Of a stretch of 6,593 nucleotides of DNA, positions 1 to 5,107 are shown piece by piece. Both the position numbers and the translations under genes were made by a program. The notes beneath the pieces were generated by a model. That model saw only the letters and a program-made list of their open reading frames with translations, was not told the DNA's origin and did no database searches. Origin of the DNA: Candidatus Heimdallarchaeota archaeon (GTDB taxonomy: Archaea > Asgardarchaeota > Heimdallarchaeia > JABLTI01); the NCBI GenBank assembly GCA_030614005.1, contig JAUWKS010000109.1, positions 1 to 6,593 of the forward strand, given 5' to 3'. The first letter of the stretch is position 1. Each line of letters opens with the position of its first letter.

Positions 1-11
1 GTTGTGATGCT

Positions 12-248
12 ATGGAAGTTGCTTCAGTACGATTAAATGAGGACGAGAAGAAATTCCTTGAATCATTGGTAGCGAAAGGACGCTTCACTTCAATTAGTGA
101 AGCTTTGAAAGCTGGCATTTATGAGCTCATGCAAAAGGAAAAGTTCAAATCTTTACCATGGAAAACTCGCTCAGATGTACGAGCTTATTTTTCGAAGAAA
201 CAACAGAAATTGCAAGGTCTTGAGGCGCTTCATGATGAGGAAGATTGA
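12..248 (+). CDS. Ribbon-helix-helix (CopG/Arc/MetJ-type) protein, probable VapB-like antitoxin
   Basis: N-terminal beta strand VASVRL, helix NEDEKKFLESLV, then the typical GRFTSISEALKAGI turn and second helix. The 3' end overlaps a PIN-like start at 232/235, the usual type II TA layout. Confidence 0.8.
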   Translation: MEVASVRLNEDEKKFLESLVAKGRFTSISEALKAGIYELMQKEKFKSLPWKTRSDVRAYFSKKQQKLQGLEALHDEED

Positions 249-294
249 TTGTTACTTAGAAAGCTCTGCTCTCTGGAACTTGTATTATGAATAA
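232..294 (+). pseudogene. Truncated PIN-domain (VapC-like) toxin, 20 codons only
   Basis: ATG232 (or ATG235) reads MMRKIDCYLESSALWNLYYE*, matching the VapC N-terminal pattern hYLD(T/S)SALxxLYxxE with E at the D position. It overlaps the RHH stop and has GAGG upstream. TAA at 292-294. Confidence 0.6.
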
Positions 295-295
295 A

Positions 296-327
296 AGGTC
301 GGGGGTTCAAATCCCCTAACGTCCTCA
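296..327 (+). tRNA. 3' fragment of a tRNA gene (variable loop, T-arm, acceptor 3' strand); putative att-site duplication, isotype unknown
   Basis: AGGTC (296-300), GGGGG-TTCAAAT-CCCCT T-arm (301-317), AACGTCC (318-324), TCA, then a T-rich tract. No D-arm, anticodon arm or complementary 5' acceptor strand immediately upstream. Confidence 0.7.
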
Positions 328-363
328 TTTTAATTCTCTTTTGTTTTTCTGCACTCTTTTTTT
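327..363 (+). terminator. Oligo-T/pyrimidine tract, archaeal-type terminator candidate
   Basis: ATTTTAATTCTCTTTTGTTTTTCTGCACTCTTTTTTT directly follows the tRNA fragment. Confidence 0.45.
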
Positions 364-411
364 ACAATAGAAATAAAAGTGATATTGTTTTAGATATCGC
401 TATGCAAATAA

Positions 412-960
412 TTTCCGGAGGAATTTACGACGCCTTGCACTGATGATAATGATTTTTTCGATGAAGGTCAGTATTTTGTTTCTCCTCCTCCTCTTTCAAA
501 GGATCAAAAACGAGTATTAGTTTTTGGTACCTTTGATATTATTCATCCTGCTCATTTACGCTTTTTATTGGAAGCTCGAAAAACCGCCAATTGTCCTGAA
601 TGTCAGCTTGTCGTTGTTCTTGCTCGCGATAGTTCTATTGAGCGCATCAAAGGTCATAAACCCATTTTTCATGAGCTTGAGCGTTTGCGCCTTCTCAGTG
701 GTTTACGTGTAGTTGATTTTGCTAGGTTAGGTAACGAAGGGAGCAAGCACTTTGATGTTATTCTTGAAATAAATCCTGATTTTGTTGTTCTTGGTTATGA
801 TCAAGTTAAAAATGACCAACCGCTTCAGAACTTCCTTAAAGAACACAATTTAAATATTCAATTGTGCCGTTTACCTAAATTCGAGAGTGGTGATCTTATT
901 AGCTCCTCTGAAGTTCGCAATAAAGTTTTAGAAATGGTTACTGATAAAAATAATAAATAG
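412..960 (+). CDS. ribL: Cytidylyltransferase-like nucleotidyltransferase, probably FAD synthase (RibL-like); start codon unresolved
   Basis: The frame is open from 412, well upstream of the track's TTG568, and contains RVLVFGTFDIIHPAH (HIGH-type motif, 511-555), VVVLARD, ERLR, PDFVVLGYDQ and ISSSEVR. No ATG/GTG/TTG in frame between 412 and 567. A TagD-like paralogue cannot be excluded. Confidence 0.75.
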   Translation, partial: FPEEFTTPCTDDNDFFDEGQYFVSPPPLSKDQKRVLVFGTFDIIHPAHLRFLLEARKTANCPECQLVVVLARDSSIERIKGHKPIFHELERLRLLSGLRVVDFARLGNEGSKHFDVILEINPDFVVLGYDQVKNDQPLQNFLKEHNLNIQLCRLPKFESGDLISSSEVRNKVLEMVTDKNNK

Positions 961-1007
961 CTACAAAGAATCACTTATCTATTTGTTCTTGTAGCTTTGT
1001 TCTTTTC
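959..1007. terminator. Hairpin plus T-tract between convergent genes
   Basis: AGCTACAAAGAA (959-970) pairs with TTCTTGTAGCT (986-996) with one bulge, followed by TTGTTCTTTT. Confidence 0.45.
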
Positions 1008-1013
1008 CTCTGC

Positions 1014-2348
1014 TTAGAGTATATTGCTTGGCATTTTTATTTTCGTTATTTTTTTGAAATCATTCTTCTCTATCGTAGCTATTTTCTCTAGTACAGACTT
1101 TTGATCTTCATTAGTGATGATACATTCGTCTTGTTGCACATAATTTGCAATATTGTTTAATAGTAGTCGGTATTCAGCTACTAAGTCTTCATCAATAATA
1201 GTTAAGCCTTGTATTCCGTGTTCTTTTAGGATATTGATTTTTTCTTTGTCTTTTTCTTTTATCTTTCCAACAAGAAAAGCATCTCTTTCTAGTGGATTAT
1301 TGTACGAGTAAAATCGTTGAATTTTTTCAACATTGTCATCTACTTCTCTTGCAGTTATTTTTTTCTCTTGAATCGATTTCTGCAGCATAAGATATGGTAG
1401 TGTGAGTTCATATTCTCCAAGATCACTAAAGTCACCTATTCGCCATAATTTTGGTGGTCTGAACGTTGACCCTGTTCTATCCAGATATGATTCGTGTAAA
1501 ACTTCCAATAACGATTTACCGACATGGTCTTTTTGTTCAATAATCTCTTCTGCAGTGACCTCTCTATAGTTATCACTAGAATAGATGAAATTATCTAAGT
1601 TTGAATTAATTTTTTTTGCCATATAGTCGATGCTGGATACTACAGGATAATAGTCGCATGCATTTTGAATGCCGTGAGTTGCTACCATCAAATTCCAGTA
1701 AAATTTTGATGATTCATCTGTTTTAATTGCTGCCCACATATTCTTCAAATTATCATTTAGTAAGTCTTGATAGGAGCTATTATGTGCTCCACCATTCACA
1801 ATGATGTGCATAGCCATTTTTCTTTCATTGTTAATGTTTTCTTTGAATAATTGTGTATGACCACAGCTGTTTTCTTTTATGAACCAATTTAAAGCCATAT
1901 ATTGTAAAACTGATTTTATTAACGTATCAACGTATGCCTTTGGATATTGGTATCGCAGTTGTAGCGCTTTTCCTATATAATTATAATTTGACGAATCAAT
2001 TGATCTTCCAATTTCATGCAATCTTTGCCCTTCTAGAACTGATATCTCTTGCAATAGCTTGAATTGTTCTAAAGGTTGAATTTGGAATAGAGCTATCTTT
2101 GCTGTTCTATTTCTAATCATTTTTGAGAGATATTTTTGTGATACCTCTTGCTTCATTTCTGGTTTTTTTTCATTTAAATTTGCTGGAGGGCATATACTAA
2201 TTATGTGATCCGAAAATAGTAAATTATTTACTAATAAACTAATTTCATTCTCTTTTTCGATTGATAACATACCAATTAGTATATCTTGTCCAAGACTTCC
2301 TGAATCTGTTACCCCGATACTAAGGTTGCAGTCTATGTTTTCACTCAT
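1014..2348 (-). CDS. Hypothetical 444-aa protein: degenerate RNase HII-like N-terminal domain (about aa 9-246) plus unidentified C-terminal alpha/beta domain
   Basis: Long ORF with ATG and AGGAGAGGG upstream. Motifs IGVTDSG, IALFQIQP, HIIVNGG and VATHGIQNACDYYPVVSSIDYMAK are collinear with archaeal RNase HII AGIDEAG, ILELPP, IYADA and VAKHKADDIFPVVSAASILAK. The CDS itself is certain; the fold call is by eye. Confidence 0.65.
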   Translation of the reverse strand: MSENIDCNLSIGVTDSGSLGQDILIGMLSIEKENEISLLVNNLLFSDHIISICPPANLNEKKPEMKQEVSQKYLSKMIRNRTAKIALFQIQPLEQFKLLQEISVLEGQRLHEIGRSIDSSNYNYIGKALQLRYQYPKAYVDTLIKSVLQYMALNWFIKENSCGHTQLFKENINNERKMAMHIIVNGGAHNSSYQDLLNDNLKNMWAAIKTDESSKFYWNLMVATHGIQNACDYYPVVSSIDYMAKKINSNLDNFIYSSDNYREVTAEEIIEQKDHVGKSLLEVLHESYLDRTGSTFRPPKLWRIGDFSDLGEYELTLPYLMLQKSIQEKKITAREVDDNVEKIQRFYSYNNPLERDAFLVGKIKEKDKEKINILKEHGIQGLTIIDEDLVAEYRLLLNNIANYVQQDECIITNEDQKSVLEKIATIEKNDFKKITKIKMPSNIL

Positions 2349-2397
2349 ATTTGAACCCTCTCCTATAATGTTTGTTCTATACTGTGAAAATTACTAT

Positions 2398-2418
2398 TAT
2401 ACTTCTTCTTGAAGTATA
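2398..2418. promoter_or_regulatory. Perfect 8-5-8 inverted repeat (operator-like) over the likely promoter of the 444-aa gene
   Basis: TATACTTC-ttctt-GAAGTATA, 50-70 bp upstream of ATG2348. It overlaps a purine-rich AAGAAGAAG plus TATAATAG on the minus strand. Confidence 0.45.
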
Positions 2419-2516
2419 TATGTTATTCTCTCAAATAGATAATTTGAGTGGCATTTTTTTTCTCACTCAAAATTCTTTTAGAGGAAATGAAAAACAAATG
2501 GGTTGACAAAACGAAA

Positions 2517-3173
2517 TCATTTCACATTTTTCTTGAAATCAGCTAATTTCTCGGATAGTTTTGTCATTGATTGAGATAGTTCGTATGCTTGCATTGCATT
2601 AATTAAATCATTTCTACTTCTATTTACTAAATTTCGTGCGGTGTCTACTTTTGGTCTTAATGGTCCTACCAGCATTTTTGTATAATCTACTGTCATCAAT
2701 TCTGAATATAAGTAATCCATGTAGTCAAATGCTCTTTGTGCGTTCTCAAAATCTCTTGTTCTTAACGAATCCATAAGATATCTTCTTAGTTCCCCTATAG
2801 TATCACTTGCTGCGAGCATATAGCTCGTGAAATTGATATTGCATTCTTCAACTGATGGTATGATATCATTTCGAACAATAGAACTAATAAAAATTGCTTC
2901 CCCGAGTTCTTGGGCTGCATCTGTTAATCCTCTCCAACATTCAAGACTCTTTATCCCACTTACTTGCTTTAACATATCGTTGAGCATTGCTCTTGCTTCA
3001 GCTATTTTTTCATCAGCCTTCTCAAATTCTTTTCTATGAATTGATTTGATCGCTTCACTACAAATTCTAATTGTTTTTCTTTGTGTTTGTATTACAGATT
3101 CCCTTGCTCTGTTTTCTTCCTCTAAAGCCATCTTTATTTTGTACATTGATTCTTCGAATTTTTTTGTTTTCAT
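2517..3173 (-). CDS. Translin/TRAX-family protein (archaeal C3PO-like, predicted RNase)
   Basis: All-helical protein with R(E)SVI..R.T.R.C..AI..IHR, QELGEA and YMLAASDTIGELRR signatures. Start placed at ATG3173 rather than TTG3191 because GAGGA lies 7 nt upstream. Confidence 0.9.
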   Translation of the reverse strand: MKTKKFEESMYKIKMALEEENRARESVIQTQRKTIRICSEAIKSIHRKEFEKADEKIAEARAMLNDMLKQVSGIKSLECWRGLTDAAQELGEAIFISSIVRNDIIPSVEECNINFTSYMLAASDTIGELRRYLMDSLRTRDFENAQRAFDYMDYLYSELMTVDYTKMLVGPLRPKVDTARNLVNRSRNDLINAMQAYELSQSMTKLSEKLADFKKNVK

Positions 3174-3212
3174 AGTTTTGTCCTCAAGCAATTACTTATT
3201 CAATATCGTCAT

Positions 3213-3220
3213 TTAATAAA
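3213..3220 (-). promoter_or_regulatory. Putative TATA box of the translin gene
   Basis: TTTATTAA on the minus strand about 40 nt upstream of ATG3173, leaving room for a short leader containing GAGGA. Confidence 0.4.
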
Positions 3221-3364
3221 TTAGTCTTATTTTGAAGAAAATAGTAGCTTATTTTTTTTAAAAAGACATGGTAATACTTTCAGTCAACCCTAGATGAATA
3301 ACATACTATTAAAAGAACTTGAAAGGAGGGGATTGGCATTACTTTCACCAATCAGTCTCAGCTT

Positions 3365-3372
3365 TTTATATA
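3365..3372 (+). promoter_or_regulatory. Putative TATA box upstream of the Cys-rich ORF (could also act leftwards)
   Basis: TTTATATA about 38 nt before ATG3410. The minus strand reads GGTAAAAGG-TTATATAAA, also BRE/TATA-like. Confidence 0.4.
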
Positions 3373-3409
3373 ACCTTTTACCAGTATAATTACTAGGGAA
3401 CGTGTATGT

Positions 3410-3700
3410 ATGCAGGTAAACAGACGAATAATACAAAAGGTAAAAATTGAAACGGTGCAAGCAAAAGTTTTGTTGGACCTTTCCCCTTGTCCCAAATGCA
3501 AGGGAGATTTAAGTTTCTATTTAGATTGCCCCTTCGGGGAAGGAAACATTGTCAATCCGGAAATTTGTTCAGAAAAATGTAATGTCCAATGTGAAGCATT
3601 AGTCTATTGTGAGTCATGTGAGTATGAAGAATTTGTAGAAATTTTCCCACGAACAGGTCTTCCGATAAAGAAAGGTTTAGCAGATAGAGATGTTCAATAA
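3410..3700 (+). CDS. Small cysteine-rich metal-binding protein (zinc-ribbon-like), function unknown
   Basis: 96 aa with CPKC and CESC knuckles and four more Cys between them (8 in total). It sits in an otherwise non-coding gap, convergent with the Roadblock gene. Confidence 0.7.
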   Translation: MQVNRRIIQKVKIETVQAKVLLDLSPCPKCKGDLSFYLDCPFGEGNIVNPEICSEKCNVQCEALVYCESCEYEEFVEIFPRTGLPIKKGLADRDVQ

Positions 3701-3723
3701 CAAATAAAATGTGGAGTTTTTTC

Positions 3724-4182
3724 TTAATCTTCTGGAATGTCAGGGATCACTAGATTTTCATCAAACTCTTCTTCATAATCTGGCAGATATTTATCACCAG
3801 GTGGCAAGAGACTTGGATTTTTCGCCAAAATTCGTTCTATTTTTTGTGCTATAAATACCAATGTTATAGCTTGTGAAACATATGCTTCTCCTTCCAATAC
3901 AGCCATTACCAATGCATTTTTTCCTGCACTAACTGCTACGATGTGTTTATCGCCAGGAACATTAATCTGGATATCTCTTACTCCACCAAATTTGAGTAAA
4001 TCCGAGACATATTCAGAAATATGAATGATACCAGATGCAGCTGCACTTAGTGCTTCTTCTACGTCCTCCGAATCTTCTGCAGTAAATGTCTGAATTGGTA
4101 TTCCTGACCTAGACGCGACTACAATGGTATTTACGCCTGTTGACAGTGAAAAGTCTGAAAGAATTGATTCTATATCCTCCAT
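3724..4182 (-). CDS. Roadblock/LC7 (MglB-like) domain protein with acidic Pro-rich C-terminal tail
   Basis: Helix, GV..IVVASRSGIPI hairpin, EALSAAASGI helix, LKFGGVRDIQI, IVAVSAGKNALVMAV strands and a final helix give the Roadblock topology. Confidence 0.85.
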   Translation of the reverse strand: MEDIESILSDFSLSTGVNTIVVASRSGIPIQTFTAEDSEDVEEALSAAASGIIHISEYVSDLLKFGGVRDIQINVPGDKHIVAVSAGKNALVMAVLEGEAYVSQAITLVFIAQKIERILAKNPSLLPPGDKYLPDYEEEFDENLVIPDIPED

Positions 4183-4285
4183 TTTTTAACACAACTTACA
4201 AATTGATGTTTAAGGTTATTTATTTTACTGTTACTAGTTAATATAGACTTTTTGCATTTTTAACTTTCCCTAGTACAATCAATAC

Positions 4286-4984
4286 TTAACCCTTTTTTAA
4301 GTTGAGAGCAGTGATAATCCCTTTTGGATCATTTGTTATTATTCCATCTATTCCGTTTTCAGCTAATTTCCTAGCTATTTCTGTGTCATCCACTGTCCAT
4401 GCTCGTACTGCAAGATTCTTTTGATGCGCTTCCAGAATAAGTTTTTTTGTTATATTTTCCTTTATCGGATGAATTCCATTAATAGTCACTTCTTCTAATA
4501 AACCATCCAGATCATCAAGATCATACTCATAGAGATATCCTGTAGGAATTTCCGGAGCCAGTTCTTTCATTTTAAATAATACGGGTATTAAAAATGAAGA
4601 AATAACGATTTTTTCTTTGACTTTTAGTTCTTTTAGTAGATCAACGAGAATTTGCTCTAAACCTTCTTCTTTTATTTCTATATTCAACCAATGTTTATTA
4701 CCAAATATTTCTAACACTTCTTTTAGTGCTGGTATTTTTTCTCCCTCTCCAAAATCAAACTTCTGTAATTCTTCTAATGTCAAAGAATTTACTTTGCCAG
4801 TGCTATTTGACGTTCTGTTTATTGTTTCATCATGAATAATTGCAATTTCATTATCTGCGCTTAATCTTATGTCAAATTCTATTCCATTTGCACCCTCTTT
4901 GATTGCAAGATCGAATGCTTTCAAAGTATTTTCAGGTGCTCTAATAGATGCACCTCTATGCCCAAAGATCATTGGATAACTCAA
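4286..4984 (-). CDS. ugpQ: Cytoplasmic glycerophosphodiester phosphodiesterase (GDPD, UgpQ-like)
   Basis: GHRGA..APENT..AF, IEFDIR, IIHDETINRT, NIEIK, AWTVD and DGIITNDP motifs. TTG start supported by AGGTGA at 4996-4991. No signal peptide. Confidence 0.93.
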   Translation of the reverse strand: MSYPMIFGHRGASIRAPENTLKAFDLAIKEGANGIEFDIRLSADNEIAIIHDETINRTSNSTGKVNSLTLEELQKFDFGEGEKIPALKEVLEIFGNKHWLNIEIKEEGLEQILVDLLKELKVKEKIVISSFLIPVLFKMKELAPEIPTGYLYEYDLDDLDGLLEEVTINGIHPIKENITKKLILEAHQKNLAVRAWTVDDTEIARKLAENGIDGIITNDPKGIITALNLKKG

Positions 4985-5097
4985 GTTGGTTCACCTAAGC
5001 GTTTTAATTTACTTTCCTTCATTTATTCTTTTCCTATCGTAATTGTTTTATGTAATAAATAAATCTTGGATTTAGATGAAAATCAGCACCCTCCTTC

Positions 5098-5103
5098 GGT
5101 GAT
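5098..5103 (+). promoter_or_regulatory. Shine-Dalgarno GGTGAT for ATG5108
   Basis: Canonical archaeal SD core 4-5 nt before an in-frame ATG. Confidence 0.6.
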
Positions 5104-5107
5104 TCAA

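Noticed and set aside
250-327. Complete or intron-containing tRNA gene
   Set aside because: No D-arm, anticodon stem or matching 5' acceptor strand upstream of 296, and no bulge-helix-bulge is visible.
291-443. Frame ending DIAMQIISGGIYDALH*, resembling the PIN DALH motif, as a frameshifted continuation of vapC
   Set aside because: The joined product would be only about 70 aa, runs through the tRNA fragment and T-tract, lacks the central PIN glutamate, and overlaps the ribL extension. Probably coincidence.
449-520. Programmed -1 frameshift into ribL from ATG449/461 (MKVSIL..)
   Set aside because: The T-run at 453-458 and A-run at 506-510 do not form an X XXY YYZ heptamer in the required frame, and no stimulatory structure is evident.
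524-712. 62-aa hydrophobic ORF resembling a membrane peptide
   Set aside because: It is an alternative frame over the conserved ribL motifs; the hydrophobicity follows from T-rich codons.
2349-2358. GGGTTCAAAT on the minus strand before ATG2348, identical to the T-loop core at 303-312
   Set aside because: No complementary T-stem follows; it doubles as the SD spacer. Chance match.
2827-3039. 70-aa plus-strand ORF
   Set aside because: Antisense shadow of the translin gene.
3391-4275. TACTAGGGAA (3391-3400) and its reverse complement (4266-4275) bracketing the Cys-rich and Roadblock genes, as possible terminal inverted repeats
   Set aside because: Only 10 bp, with no target-site duplication or transposase. 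Such matches are expected by chance in 6.6 kb.
4617-4835. 72-aa plus-strand ORF
   Set aside because: Ser/Phe-rich antisense shadow of GDPD.
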